In this document: positions 13,186 through 26,766 of the stretch, in pieces
Numbering within the stretch: position 1 is the stretch's first letter
Layout: every line of letters starts with the position of its first letter
Assembly (NCBI GenBank): GCA_963514005.1
Contig: OY740809.1
Span: forward strand, 17,298,001-17,362,000
Direction of reading: 5' to 3'
DNA length: 64,000 nucleotides
Source: Raja brachyura
Lineage: Eukaryota
The notes under the pieces: model-generated
What the model saw: the letters and a program-made list of their open reading frames with translations, nothing else
The model's database searches: none
What the model was told of the DNA's origin: nothing
Made by a program: the position numbers and the translations under genes

Positions 13186-13829
13186 GACATGAAAAATGAA
13201 AGCAGAAAATTATGAGAGACCTAGATTGGGTAGATAGTCAAAGTCTTTTTTTCCCCCCCCCCAGAGTGGAAATGTCACATATTGGAAGGCATGGCTTTAA
13301 GGTGAGATGGACAAGGTTTAAAGGGGATGTGTGCAGCATTTTTTTCTACAGAGTGTACAGGAATATGCTGCCAGGAAAGATAGACAAAAAAGCTGGAGTA
13401 ACTCAGCGGGTCAGACAGCATCTCTGGAAAAAAGGGATCAATTACATTTTGTGGTTTTGACTTGAAATGTCAACTATTCCTTTTCTCTGGAGATGCTGTC
13501 TGACCTGCTGAGTTACTCCAGCTTTTTATGTCTATGTTCAGTTTAAACCAGCAACTGCAGTTCCTTCCTACACATGCTGCCAGGGAAGCTGGTGGAAGCA
13601 GATACGATAGAAACATTTCAAGAGGCATTTAGATGTGTGCATGAACAGGCAGGGAATGGAGGGATACAGACAGTGTGCAGGCAGATGTGCAGTTTAAATT
13701 AGCACTATGGTCAGTACAGACAATGCGGCCCAAAGGGCCTATTCCTGTGCTGTAATGTTCTATGTTCTGTGTATGGTATTACTCAATCAGAAAGAAATGT
13801 GAATGTATTTTAATTTATAAAATAAATAT

Positions 13830-13980
13830 TATATATTTGTAATTCAAATGGATACATAAATTATAAATGTTAAAATGTATTTCTATGCACTGTCCATCTT
13901 TCCAATACAAATTCCTGTGTCCATCATCAGGAGGTACAATGGGATTAAAATAATTTTAAATGCGGACATAAAAATTTCTA
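13830..13980 (-). pseudogene. CATSPERE-like pseudo-exon
   Basis: CPHLKLF*...FVLER/GQCIEIHFNI...MYP ~ CPYMAF...YFLDKGEALTVWTQIVYP. Boundaries approximate. Confidence 0.5.
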
Positions 13981-14045
13981 ATGATTGAATGTTTCAAAAA
14001 TATTAATTGAATTGCATCTTTGTGCACTGGACTGAAACACTTTAC

Positions 14046-14340
14046 TTCAAGGCTGAATCAGCTCTTGACTGCTCACATGTAGAATGATGATGGATGAATT
14101 ATTAAGGTTTTCTACATGTATATTACTGTTGCTAAAATGGAAAATATGATCCAAGATACTAATATAAGCCAATTTTCTAAGATTCACCCATTCAATATCC
14201 AGCATGGCCCTGTAGATCATCAGTGGATTTTTTGATAAAATGACCAATGCAACTTCTCTAAGGTTAATGCAGTTGCATTAATATTATAATACATTATTTT
14301 ACATACTGGTAACATAGTGAAATATTCCATATTCTGAATT
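14046..14340 (-). pseudogene. CATSPERE-like pseudo-exon
   Basis: EYGIFHYVTSM*NNVL*Y / INATALTLEKLHW ~ YYGDILVKMENNVIFYSKINTRDAVKLHLW. The stops are single-base changes from GAA and TAY. Donor GAA|gtaaag. Confidence 0.65.
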
Positions 14341-14681
14341 TCTTCACCGGACCAAACTCATGATGGAGCAAGAGAGTTTTAAATAAATACAGTGGAATGG
14401 TGCCATTTATACAAGGAGATAATTGTTGACTTCAGGAAGGAAAGGCCGAGAGTCCATGAGCATGAGTTAATTGGTGGGAGAGTGGTGGAGAGAGGCAACA
14501 GGTTTAAGTGCCTGCGTTGTGTCTCTCTGAAGATCTATCCTGGGCCTAAACATTTTTTTAAAAGCTCATCGACACCTCTACTTGATTGAATTGTTTTTTT
14601 CCCAGTGAATGTGACAATAAAACACACTTGTTTAATTGTGAGAGTCTTGGACTGGAGGTCATAGCCTTAGAATTAAAGGAC

Positions 14682-17316
14682 TGTAGTGGTACCAAATGTG
14701 GTGAACAAACAGTTGCTTTATTAAGACATTACATGGTTGGTGTACATACAAGTTTGGTCCTCTAACATAATGTCATTGCTGCTGCTGAGTGAGGTTGTTG
14801 TCTCGAGCTCAGCTACCTGTTGACTCATGATCTCAAGGTGAGATCTGCTTATGTAGTAGGACACTCCCCTAACCCATGATGTGACATCACATTCCTCGTA
14901 ACCACTGATGAGGGTTCGACCATAAGTGGTCTGACCATCAGCTGACGTCACAGGACCCCCCCCCACCCCCATAACCAGAGGAAGGAAAACGAGCAGGCCA
15001 ACGAAACGCGGCAGCCAAAACTCGTAAATGCACAGGCGAAAAGAAATAGAATGTGCATCCCTTCTACAAGAAGGTGTGTAAGCATGGTCGAGGGCGGCTC
15101 CTGCTGTGGGTCGGGGGCACACCGGCCATGGGTCAGGATGGTGGGGCCCGCGGGCAGAGTCAACGATCCGGCTGTGGGCCATCCCGGCCGTATGCCGAGG
15201 GGTGCGGGGTGTCTAATGCAAAAGCTGCAGGATGGACGACACACAGTCGCATCTCATCGACCAGCAGGGGATCGTGTCCCGATAAATACGGCCCCCAGCA
15301 ACGGCTGGGAGACGTCGGCAACAATGCAAACCAAACAAAATACAACAAAGAAATGAGAATAAACTAATAGCTAAACCCGGTGAGGTCGTTACAGTGTAAA
15401 AAATTGAAAAGAAACAAAACAAACTACAGTGAGCAAACAAGTACAAAGTGGTAGGAAATTAAGTTAAAATAGTCCAGTATCGGATGTGAAGCTGTGCTGG
15501 AAGCTGGAAAACTGGAGTTTGCAGTATAGGAGCAGGGAGGTTCTACTTCAGTTGTATAGGGTCTTGGTGAGGCCACACCTGGAGTATTGCGTACAGTTCT
15601 GGTCTCCAAATCTGAGGAAGGACATTATTGCCATAGAGGGAGTGCAGCGAAGGTTCACCAGACTGATTCCTGGGATGTCAGGACTGTCTTATGAACAAAG
15701 ACTGCATAGACTCGGTTTATACTCTCTGGAATTTAGGAGATTGAGAGGGGATCTTATAGAAACTTACAAGATTCTTAAGGGGTTGGACAGGCTAGATACA
15801 GGAAGATTGTTCCCGATGTTGGATAGTTCCAGGACAAGGGGTCACAGCTTAAGGATAAGGGGGAAATCCTTTAGGACCGAGATGAGAAGGAATTTTTTCA
15901 CACAGAGAGTGGTGGGTCTCTGGAACTCTCTGCCACAGAGGGTAGTTGAGGCCAGTTCATTGGCTATATTTAAGAGGGAGTTAGATGTGGCCCTTGTGGG
16001 TAAGGGGATCAGAGGGTATGGAGAGAAGGCAGGTACAGGATACTGAGTTGGATGATCAGCCATGATCATATTGAATGGCGGTGCAGGCTCGAAGGGCCGA
16101 ATGGCCTACTCCTGCACCTAATTTCTATGTTTCTATGTGACACTATCCAACCTGAGGTGGCGCTGTTGACAGGGGTCAGTGCAGGCCGAGCGTCGCTTCC
16201 GGCCTGCCACAGCAGCCATTTTGGCAGTCGTTGCGGAGGCCATGTGGTAGTAGGCCACGGCAGCCATTTTGGCTGCCGACCGAGGCGGCCTACCGAGACG
16301 ATTCCCAGATGCGTGCGGGGCGGCCGGCATCAACGGGCCTTGCCCCACCGCTGCAGGTAGGAACTCCACCCACCATTGCTGTTGGAAACTGGCTGCATTC
16401 CTCACCCCCCGCGCAGACTGGAAGCTGCTGGGGAATCCGCCGTGGGCCCGCTGACTCACGACCAGCCGAGGCTCCAGCAGTTGCTGGGCCAAACTCAGCC
16501 CGACCAGACAGACAGCCAGCTGCCGGGGATCGCCGAAATTCACGCCGGTGAGGAGCAGAAGGACGTCTTCGGGCAGCCGCCCCAGGTGGCCTGCCCGATC
16601 GGGAGGCAAGGCCTTGAGCAGCGGCCGGTGGGGTAATGGGCGGGCCACTCTCACCCCACTCCCGGGGCCGGCAGGCGGGCGGCGGTGTTGCTGGGGACGG
16701 GGGGCTGCTAAACTCGCAGCTCCTGCAGCAGCTGGTGGGGGAGCGGCGGCTGGTGGGGAAGCGATGGCAGCCGCGGCATCTCAGCTCCGGTGGTCGGCTA
16801 TGCGGGAGAGTTTGGCGGCCGTCAAATAAGGCCTGGATCTCACCTATCGACCCAGGCAGCCTGTGGCTGCTGAGACCAGTCACAGGAGCGCGTTGAGTTG
16901 GTTGGCGGCGGCGTACATTACAGTAGGGCCGGGTTGGCGGCAGCATCGTTCAGCAGGGCTGGGCTGTCGGTTGCAGACATCAGGTCCCCCGAGGCTGCGT
17001 GCGTCGGGAGAAATCCAAAATCCCAATTTAGATCGACGCGGGTCACCAATGTAACCATACGTGGTGAACAAACAGTTGCTTTATTAAGACATTACATGGT
17101 TGGTGTACATGCAAGTTTGGTCCTCTAACATATTGTCATTGGTGATGCTGAGCGAGGGTGTTGTCTCGAGCTCAGCTACCTGTCGATTCATGATCTCAAG
17201 GTGAGCTCTGCTTATGTAGCAGGACACTTCCCTTAACCCATGACGTCACGTGACAGCCCTCGTAACCACTGACGAGGGTTCGACCGTAAGTGGTCTGACC
17301 ATCAGCTGATGCCAGA
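14682..17316 (-). mobile_element. Internally deleted Gypsy LTR element (LTRs 14682-14952 and 17050-17316)
   Basis: Two related ~270-bp LTRs; PBS tggtgacccg (minus strand, near 17048); PPT at 14956-14970; gag-like RLPEDVLLLL...F.DPRQLA; TSD ggac/gaac; inserted in a CR1 tail. Confidence 0.85.
15513..16138 (+). mobile_element. Young 5'-truncated CR1 nested in the LTR element
   Basis: Open frame LVRPHLEYCVQFWSP...RTRGHSL...FFTQRVV.LWNSLP; tail ttctatgtttctatgt. Confidence 0.95.
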
Positions 17317-17981
17317 GAACATTCCTTTTGGAAGGAGATGAGGAGGAATTTATTTAGTCAGAGGATGGTGAATCTGTGGAATTCTTTGCCCCAGAAGGCT
17401 GTGGAGGCAAAGTCAATTGATATTTTTAAGGTAGAAATAGATAGATTCTTAAAATGGTATGATAGTACGGGTGTCAAAGGTTATGAGGAGAAGGCAGGAG
17501 AATTGGGTTAGGAAGGAGAGATAGATATGCCATGATTAAATGGTGGAGTAGACTTGATGGGCCAAATGGCCTACTTCTGCTCCTACCACTCATGATTTGA
17601 AGATAGACACTCTTCATTTAAAGATCTATGTGTATAATAGCTGTGCAGAGATTGATATAAACAAGCAGTTTTACATCGCTTCAATTGATTTAGGATAGTA
17701 AATCAGAGCAAGATTTAAAAAACGAGGTCCATGAAATGCTCTTTCGTTAAGCCTCTAAATAAAGGTGCAAAAACATTTAAGCTTTAAAGAATTGGAAAAT
17801 TGCAGAAATCACTGCATGTGTGAATGTAACACAAGTGTTATGTAATTGTCTTCTGAAAGGAGAAAAAGAACCTGTCAAAGATGTTTCAGTCGTTTAAAAT
17901 GAGTTTAGTATTTTTTTTAAGTGAATAAAGGAGCAAAAACCACAAAAATGTGCAGATATGTCACGGAATGACTCCTGATAC

Positions 17982-18302
17982 TGTAAGTTAATGATTTCAG
18001 ATGAGATCCAGGAACAGAGCCAGGGAAGATTGTGTTTCCAAACAATTTAAAGACGATTCCTAAAGATTGGCAGAAAGATTGCTTTTCTGTAAGATTTCTT
18101 ACTTTCTTACTAAAGAAAGTAAGAAATACATAAATTTGTTCATCATCCCATAGCAATATATTTTGTTCAGAATGACTCCTTATCATAAAATAGTCTGTGT
18201 AGATTATTTCCTTGCCTTGAATTTTCAAATGATTTATGATGCTGAACCAGGCTTGTTCATTGTTTTAACTTGAAGATTGTGCTGCATCCAAAAGAGGAAT
18301 TG
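17982..18302 (-). pseudogene. CATSPERE-like pseudo-exon
   Basis: Acceptor tatttttgttcag|. After a frameshift: NNEQAWFS...SHSEQNILLWDDEQIYV...LGIVFKLFGNTIFPGSVPGSHLKSL ~ NEDTKQWVS...SALPGLLLWNKHSIYY...TGILQTPAGHGNLSMLSNDSIIHEV. Confidence 0.65.
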
Positions 18303-19401
18303 CTGAACAAAAATAATTAATTTATCTCATTCAATGGTTATTTTAGAATCTAGGCTGGTCTGTTTAACCCCCAATTCCATATATTTGGTAAATCCAATAC
18401 TCCTTTTGCATGTGAGCAATGAATTGATTAAATTCCTTTTGTTGAAATTAGGATTGAATTATTGTCGTACGGTTTCTTTTACATCTAGCTCTAGATTTTG
18501 TTCAAAAATATTAAGTGGATGATTATGAATCAATAATCATTTTATCTTGCAATCAATAATAATCAATCCATGAGTACAGGCTCAGAGTTGTCAAACGCTC
18601 ATCATACGTTAACCCAATCATCCACAGGATAATTCTCATAAACCTCCACAGGACCATCTCCAACACTCACTCAACCCTCCTCAGATATGGGGTCCAAAAC
18701 TGCTCACAAACAACCCTTCTGCAAAACATTATGGTGTGAAATAGAAATATATGCTGCCTGGTATAAATGTGCAGTAGCAGCTCAGGCCAGTTTTTGCCAG
18801 CACATCAATTGTATCATGCTCGAAGAGACCATAAGTTAGATACCTAGAGATCAGGCTTTTCAAACAGTTGTTGTTTTAGAAATTGGAAGTAAACATCATA
18901 TGCAGGGCACAACAAAAATATTTCAATAGACAAGTGAGCAATGCTTATGTATTGTGCACAAGAGATCTACAGTTATGTTGAGAGCCTCATGGGAATAAAT
19001 GTGTTCTTCCATGCACTGCATATAATATGGAACCTTGCATATATAATGCAGGAACCTTGTATTTTGTCCCCATAGTTGGTTCCTCTACTCAGCTCTATGT
19101 TCTTGGTGGCCAGGCATCCATCTGTCCTACCTTGATTTCCACCGCCTTAAAATCAACAACACAATCTGGTATTGTCAGTCTGAAACCAAGCTTGAGAGTG
19201 GCATGTAAATGGGTTCAAGATCACAAAAGTTAGTTTATCTCCTGCAATGGATTGGACAATCTATTGCCAATAGTTAATATCCACCTTTATTCCAAGAATG
19301 AACGCCTATAACACCAGCCACTGATAATACTAGACCGATAATGCAGTAAATTTAGGGAGGAATATGAAAATTAAAACAACATAGAACAGCAACAAACATA
19401 C

Positions 19402-19562
19402 TGTATATTCTTGCATCATGGTTCAACCCCATCGGTCGAACAAAAACGGTTCATGAGTTGGTCTGGTTATGTCTGGTATCCAGCGTGGATCCATTACATT
19501 TCAAAAGCAGTACAGAAACAATTTTGTAAGAACCCATTCACAGTTTGATGGATTCTTTTGAC
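19402..19562 (-). pseudogene. CATSPERE-like pseudo-exon
   Basis: Acceptor tttttaatttcag| and donor ACA|gtatgt; stops in all three frames. WIHAGYQT*PDQL ~ TIDRVEYTGHPLEI. Confidence 0.5.
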
Positions 19563-19869
19563 CTGAAATTAAAAATTTATAAGCTGATACAATTAACTTT
19601 GGCTGTTCACAAGCAGCTGCTACAATTTGCCTAATTAAGCTATTTTCCCAGAAGAATCATTTTAACAGTGACCTAAAAAAGAGGGGCAGACCAAGATTTT
19701 TACAGTTAACATCTGCTACAAGCCACAAACTACCTCGTCAATCCATTAAATGTGTATTAAATGTTCCCTCTCAAACATTATGAGATATTATAAATGATGT
19801 CCTGATCACTCTGTGGTAATTTAAGGACCTCGTGTATTTTCAATTCCCCTGCCATTTGCTATTTTTCCT

Positions 19870-20978
19870 CATCCATACAATTACTAAAACTCTCATCTTG
19901 ACCACTTCCGGTTTGCAGTTTTTTTAGATTTGAGCACAAATGGGAAGTTATGTCGCTAGGATTTTTCGCCATCTTACTCACCGTTCTCCTCTCCTCTAAG
20001 CCACCAAGTTTTGTTCCGGTCAGTGGAATAGGACAAAAAAGTTATGAAGGTTTAAAAAAAATTGTGAGATCAGCAGATCGGTCTTCTCGCCTGTCGTCAA
20101 CATGAAGATAACGCACCTTCTGGCATCCGCGGAGAATAAAGCCCTGGACACGGGGCTGAGTCCGTGAGCAGTGTGCAGGCAGAGAGCAAGTTGAACTGGA
20201 AGCCTCTAAGTGAAGTCGAAGTGGGACCAGGAGCTGCTGCGTGAGGCTGAAAGCTGAAGGTGTGGGGTGAGCACAGTGCGTGCTGCGTCTGCTGCGACCA
20301 CCCCCCTTTCCTCACCCCCCCTTTCCACACCCCCCCTTTCCACACCCCCCCTTTCCTCACCCCCTCCTTTCCTCACCCCCCCTTTCCTCACCCCTTCCCT
20401 CACCCACCCCCCCTTCCACACACACACACCCCCTCCCCCAACCACCCACCCCCTCCCCCACACAACCCCCCCCATACACCCCCCTCCCCACCCCCTACAC
20501 CCCTCCCCCTCATACACCCCCTCCCCTACCTCCACAACCCCTCCCCACACACACCCCCTCCCCCCCACACACACACACACCCTCCCCCGCCACCATTCTC
20601 CTGTGCTCCAAGCGCATCAAGTTTTGTTCCAATTGGTGGAATAATACAACATTTATGAAGGTTCAACAGTCGTAAGATCAGCAGATTGGTCTTCTTTGAG
20701 TGAGTCCAGAAAGCCGTGAAGTGGGTCCAGAAAGCCGTGAGTCGGTGAGTGAGTGTCCAGAACAGCGTGAGTCAGTGAGTGAGTCCAGAAAATAGTGAGT
20801 CCAGAAATCTGTGGGTCAGTGAGTGAGTCCAAAAAGCTGTGAGTCAGTCAGTGAGTCCAGAAAGCCGTGAGTCAGCCATGCCTGCGCAGTTGGGGGCTAT
20901 GGGTGAATGGTGGAATATTGCGTTGGGGGACCAGGCCTCCCGTGTGAGAATGGGATCCAACGGGTCCCACATAGTTAA
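19870..20978 (+). mobile_element. Non-autonomous Helitron (family of 1639-4852) with C-rich low-complexity core 20300-20590
   Basis: 5' ttactaaaactctcatcttgaccacttccgg; 3' hairpin gggatcc-aac-gggtccc with a degraded CTAG. Confidence 0.75.
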
Positions 20979-21314
20979 GTTTTAAAATGCTGTGTGTTAA
21001 AAAGTGATTCCCGGTTTTGTTGTGGAATTTTTTGGGTCAAACTTATACTTTATTTTCTTCTTTCTCCCTGGATAAACATAAGACTGAAGGTCTTTTTTTT
21101 GTTTCTTTTTTGTTTCGCCTTGTAGGGTGCGTTTACTGAAGTTAATTTACAATCAAGACTTAAATACTGAAATGCCCAGCTAATAAAGGAATATTAACGT
21201 TAAGCAAGAGAGACGATTCTCACAATGAAGTTATTGTTTCCTTTGTTGGAATTTAAACCTCCACACTGGAACAGATGTGTACATGTTACTTGCATAAAGA
21301 TGTAATAGTCAGAT

Positions 21315-21605
21315 ACATGGGAGGTGGTCTCGGAGGGGAGGGTGCTCCTCAAACTGAGGAGCATGTTGAACAATACAGCTCACCCCTTCCATGAAACGCT
21401 GGTCAACCCGAGGACCAGCAACAGCAACAGACTGGTTCCACCAAGATGTAGTACAGATCGCCACAGAAGATCCTTCTTCCCTGTGGCTATCAAACTGTAC
21501 AATTCCTCCCCCTTCTGTTGTGGGGTTTCATGTATCTGGATTTCATCTCTGTCAACAGATCAATTCCCATCCTGGGCTAAATAAAGTTCTATCGTATTGT
21601 ATTGT
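21315..21605 (+). mobile_element. Rex-Babar LINE 3' fragment
   Basis: HPFH...RL..PRC.T.RHRRSFFP.AIKLYN; tail tattgtattgt. Confidence 0.8.
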
Positions 21606-22049
21606 AATATTTCCAGGCAATTCTTAATTCTTGTACACTCTGTTCTCATCCAAGTGAAAAGCCGATGCTCCCATCTGTCATTCTATGCCTGATTGGTCAG
21701 AGGATGATAAATATCACTATATCAGCATCACATATCCCATTTATATTCCAAGTTCACTGCGTTGCGTACAGTTACCCAATCAGAAATATAATTTCCTCAT
21801 CTCCAAGGGGGCTGGGAAACAGGGATGCTGAGCGCTGCCAAAACTTTCACCAATACTGCATACTAATGTTGCACAGTTATTTGAAAACTAAGCAAAAGAA
21901 CTGTTACTTCTTCAGATTATTAGGATCCAGTAAAAACAACTTATTTTTGTAGTCTGTTCTATTTGTAAAATCAAGGAACCCAGATGTTCTATTTTAATAG
22001 TATCAACCTACCCTGCCAGGGTTCAACTCACATCACCATGTTATTTTGT

Positions 22050-22600
22050 CCTTTCACCCACTTTCAAATCATATATTACCTGCAGTATTGGTACTGAATG
22101 TATAATTTGTGTACAAACCTGGACCAGCTGGAGGCATGACATTCCGTGGCTTTTTATTTCTTTTTTAAAGCTTAAACTTAAGAAAAACATATAGCTTACA
22201 TAATATTTATTATTGAAAACGAGCATGGCATTTTCTTCTGTCCTCCATTCACAACAACATTTCTACAGCAACTGCACAGTCGTTTATGATCCCCGACATT
22301 GAAAACATGATATTCACGCCTTAGTGGCATCAAGCTTTTTACATCCCTGGTTTCCTTTGTGACATCCATCTCCATTAATAAGCTGCAAAGTAGGAGGTTC
22401 TGTGATCTAGTCCAGACATGCATCTGTGTGAATAGTAGTAAGCAGGCAGAGAACATTTTTGCTGCAATCTAAACCAACTGCTAATCCCCTTGTCACAGAA
22501 ACATGCAGCATAGAAGGGGGCTCTGGCATATTGTGCTGGCATCAGCATGTTGAGGAAGCCATGCAATTGGTGCCACTTCCCTGTTCATTCCCGTTATCAA
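22050..22600 (-). pseudogene. CATSPERE-like large pseudo-exon
   Basis: HGFLNMLMP...FYAAC ~ PGYLPISSP...SWDAC; VWTR/ITEPPTL ~ SWTRIRVPPDIL; LINGDGCHKGNQGCKKL ~ LINGVLYIKSFRGFIRL. Frameshifts, stops and an internal deletion; boundaries approximate. Confidence 0.65.
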
Positions 22601-22808
22601 TGTTAACTTGTCCTCCTCAAATATTATCTATTTCCCTTCTAAAAGTTATTACAGAATCTGCTTTCACCAGCGTCTGGCGAGCGAATTCCTCAGTGAGTTC
22701 ACCACAATTTTAAGTTATCTTGAAATATGTGTAAAAAGGTGGTTTGTGGAATTCTCTGAGTAATTCTGACCCGAGTAGCTTTGAAGAAAGATGCAACACG
22801 GGACAGCC

Positions 22809-24155
22809 AAGTCAAGTCAAGTCAAGTTTATTCGTCACATACACATTCGAGATGTGTAGTGAAATGAAAAGTGGCAATGCTTGCAGATTGTGCAAAAACA
22901 CTACAAAACAGAATGGAATTACATATTTGTGAGAGAAAAAAAGAAGAAACAGCAATTTAAAAAGACACCACACAACAGTAAATTTGTACAGTAAGTTAGT
23001 CCCTGGTGAGATAGGAGTTTACGGTCCTAATGGCCTCTGGGAAGAAACTCCTTCTCATCCTCTCTGTTTTCCCAGCACGGCAACGGAGGCGTTTGCCTGA
23101 CCGTAGCAGCTGAAACAGGCTGTTGCTGGGGTGGAAGGGGTCCCGCATGATCTTGTTGGTTCTGGATTTGCACCTTCTGATGTATAGTTCCTGCAGGGGG
23201 GCGAGTGTAGTTCCCATAGTGCGTTCGGCTGTTTGCACTACTCTCTGCAGACCCTTCTTGCCCTGGGCAGAGCAGTTCCCAAACCAAATTGTGATGTTTC
23301 CAGACAAGATGCTTTCCACAGCCGCTGAGTGGAAGCACTGGAGGATCCTCAGAGACACTCTGAATTTCCTCAATTGCTTGAGGTGGTAAAGTCGCTGCCT
23401 TGCCTTACCAGTGCAGCAGCGTGTGATGTCCATGTCAAATCCTCAGAGATGTGGACTCCCAGGTATTTAAATCAGCTCACCCTATCCACAGTATCCCCAT
23501 TTATCTTCAATGGTGTGTACGTCCTTGGATGTTGTGCGCTCCTAAAGTCCACGATCAGCTCCTTAGTTTTTTTGACATTCAAGAGGAGGCTGTTGTCCTG
23601 ACACCAGAGTGCCAGATCAGCCACCTCCTCCCAGTAGGCGTTCTCATCGTTATCGGAGATCAGGCCCACCACCACAGTGTCATCAGCAAACTTGATTATA
23701 GAGTTGGAGCTGAACCTAGCCACACAGTCATGTGTGTACAGGGGGTGAAGGACGCAACCCTGGGGGGATCCTGTGCTCAGGGTGAGGGAAATACATCTAT
23801 TTCCTCCCATCTTGACTACCTGGGGCCTGGCGGTGAGAAACTCCAGGACCCAGGCACACAGGTGGGTGTTGAGCCCCAGTTCCAGCAGCTTCTCAGCAAG
23901 TCGTGTGAAGGCTGAACTGAAGTCAATGAACAGCATCCTCACATAGCCCCCCTTCTGGCTGTCAAGGTGAGAGAGAGCGGTGTGCAGAACCTGGGAGACC
24001 GCATCATCCGTGGATCTGTTCGGACAGTATATGAATTGTAGCGGGTCCATGTTGCGAGAGAGGAAGGCACAGATGTGTTTCTTGACCAGCCTCTCAAATC
24101 ATTTCATGACTACTGAGGTAAGGGCCACCGGACGGTAGTCATTCCGACAAGCTGT
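22809..24155 (-). mobile_element. Rex-Babar (Rex1-like) LINE 3' fragment
   Basis: RT motifs [35 protein letters not shown]; (cttga)n tail. Confidence 0.9.
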
Positions 24156-24249
24156 CAGGCAAACAGACTTTTTGACATTGTGTCGAAAGGCTGGAGAGAG
24201 GAGATGGAAATTCTCAAGAAGGCAGAAAACCAGCAGACGCACACTAATC

Positions 24250-24670
24250 GGCCTGTCCCACTTCGGTGATTTTTCAGGCGACTGTCAAGTCGTAGCAGGT
24301 CGCTGAAAAACCGGCGACTGGAACGACAACTGTCAGAGTGGAACACATACACACATCGTTTCCTTCACCAGCCCGTTATGCAGGTGGGGGACAGGGCAAG
24401 CGGTGGGAGCGCTGTCTGAGTGAAATTCACACTGGTGCAAAGCCAATGTCATACAGACACACACCACGATGTATAGGAAGGGTGGCGCTGTAATTAAGAC
24501 GGTGAAAGCACAGTGTACAGGAAGGGTAACTTAAGTCCTTTAAAAGAGGGGGAGAGAGTGGGGAGAAGGTGTGGAGACAACTTTTAAGAAGCCAGAGATA
24601 CACGCTGTGAAGCTCGGTGGAAATTAACATTACCGGTCGGTTATCCTTGGTTCTGAAAACTACTGTTTAC
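24250..24670. mobile_element. One end of a Harbinger-type non-autonomous element
   Basis: Begins ggcctgtcccactt like the TIRs at 51265 and 63559. Confidence 0.5.
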
Positions 24671-26446
24671 GGTTACTCCAGCATTTTGTGCCTACCTTTG
24701 GTAATGAATTTGCTCTGTAAAAGTTTAAATTTAACAGCTTAAGTTTTATCATACAAACCAACTACCAGGAAGTGCAATGGGTCATGATGGCTAATGATTA
24801 TGTTGGAGTTTTATCCAATATTCTATTTTTGATATTAAGTACAACATTGTAAAAGCTGTGCAAGTTTTGGAATGCCAAATTTGGAATTGTTTTGATGGGA
24901 AAAGTGAGAACAATGAAGACACAGGAATGGAGACTCCCTTTTAACCCAGATCTATCATGGTTATAGGAGTTTCAATTTTAGTTCATGGAACCACCAAATT
25001 ACTTTGGGTTGTGAAGCCACAACTTGCCCACCAAGAATGACTGGTGGTCTTAATGCCAAAACCAGAGATTAAAATGTGCCAAATTTCTAAATGGAACTAT
25101 GCTCCCCTAGAACCGAGTAAAATGAAATGAGGGATAGGTGTCTGATGTGCTTTCAGAAAGTTAATTGGTTGGTTAAATATTGCAATAAGGCCGTCCGTCC
25201 GCCTTCCCTTTACCAGTTATTCTATTTTAAAATCACAGGTAGAAAGTTTCAAATGCTGAGGAAACTTAGCAGATTCCAAAGTTCCAAAGACGTACAGGTT
25301 TGTATTTGGCTTGATATAAGCGTAAATTGTCCCTAATATGTGTAGGGTAATGTCAATGTGCGGGGATTACTGGTCGGTGCGGACTCGGTGGGCCGAAGGG
25401 CCTGTTTCCGCGCTGTATCTCTAAACTAAACCAAAGTAGTTCAGGGAGGCTAATTAGGTGCATGATGCTGAGAAAGTAATAGACAGTTTCTCCATGACCA
25501 ACAATCTACACAGTAAATCGATCTATTACCCCATGATCTGTCTGCTTCCGTCTTTCTGTAAGATGTCCCCCTAAACCCCAGCCGCTTTTCTAAACCATCA
25601 GTTGTGACACTCTGACAGTCAACCTGCATGCCCAGCCACAAGAGGACACCCACCAACCAGCACTCCCCGCACTACCTCAACCCCCCATTACATAACGCCC
25701 ATTGAACAAATGAGAAAGTTTCCCTGCAATGGGGACCTCAACCAGTAGTCCGATAGACGCCCAACCACTCAGACATAAATTCAGCCCATTATCCATTCAG
25801 ATGTTTCCGACAGTTTAACCCATCCATAATCCAGACTCCATGTTCCATTCCTTGCAATCTATCCCCCAATTTCTCCCATCTGTTGAATCTCACAGACTTT
25901 GCTATTGTGAAGCAAGCTTCCCGTCTGATATGCTCCGGATTGCCAATCCTACTGCCTGTGGGTGAGAATACAACTAAAATAAAACAATCAAGTAGCTGTT
26001 CAAAAAAATGCCCCTGGAGAATTGAGTACCCAACTTACAACAGCAACTGCATACCTCAAGGTATTTATCCTCATGCTAAAATCTGGATCATTAACCAGCA
26101 GCCAAACAATTAATTCGAGCCAAAGATTTTCTTGCGGAACTTCAATTCTGGGATTTCAATTCTCTACTTACCTGCCCATTTTCTGTTGAGCATGAGACGT
26201 GATAATAATTCTTAGAGAATCTCTGGAAGAGAATTAGATGTGCCTAAGATTGTACTGACTGCTACAAAATGCAAATACCTGCATCTAATAATTGGTAACC
26301 ACTGGTATCAAAGTTAAAATATATCCCAAGGCCGTCACAGGAAGTCTTCACAAAATTTGGTATCAACCTATATGTGGAAACATTGGATCAGATGATCAAG
26401 ATCTTGGCTAAAGGAGGAAGGGAACATTTAACGAGGAAATTTGAGA

Positions 26447-26766
26447 GTTTAGTTTAGTTTAGAGATACAGCGCGGAAACAGGCCCTTCGGCTCACTGGGT
26501 CAGCGCCGACCACCGATCCCCGCATATTAACACCATCCTACACACACTAGGCACATTTTTTACATTTATCAAGCCAATTCACGTACATACCTGTACGTAT
26601 TAGGAGTTTGGGAGAAAACCGAAGATCTTGGAGAAAACCCACGCAGGTCACGGGGAGAACGTGCATACTCCGTACAGACAGCACCCGTCGTCTGGATTGA
26701 ACCCAGGTCTCCAGCGCTGCATTCGCTGTAAGGCAGCAACTCTACTGCTGCGCCACCGTGCCGCCC
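26447..26766 (-). mobile_element. HE1-type tRNA-derived SINE, full length (3' fragment of another at 25285-25432, plus strand)
   Basis: Head gggcggcacggtggcgcagc...gggttcaatcc (A/B boxes); CR1-like tail gggcctgtttccgcgctgtatctctaaactaaac. Confidence 0.85.

Larger units (their letters stand above)
6085..13770 (+). mobile_element. Old, fragmented CR1 LINE sequence (at least two copies: ORF1/APE/RT remnants and 3' tail) with nested insertions
   Basis: APE-like segments at 6085-6180 and 9330-10000, ORF1-like 10030-10480, RT remnants 11560-12590, 3' end 13190-13770 ending gttctatgttct. Confidence 0.7.

Noticed and set aside
14900-14935. ctgatgag-ggttcgacc motif in the LTRs resembling a hammerhead
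   Set aside because: The required GAAA is ataa/gtaa, there is no stem III or cleavage triplet geometry, and it is antisense to the element.
16052-17128. Many overlapping 60-218 aa ORFs
   Set aside because: GC-rich degenerate Gypsy gag region with few stops; not host genes.
20097-20675. Pro/His- and Gly-rich ORFs
   Set aside because: Low-complexity C-rich repeat inside a Helitron.
22196-22382. Open frame LLMEMDVTKE...SIINI with AG/GT ends as a functional exon
   Set aside because: The CATSPERE-like similarity (LING...) lies in another, stop-containing frame; the open frame has no recognisable homology. It could still be spliced as non-coding sequence.
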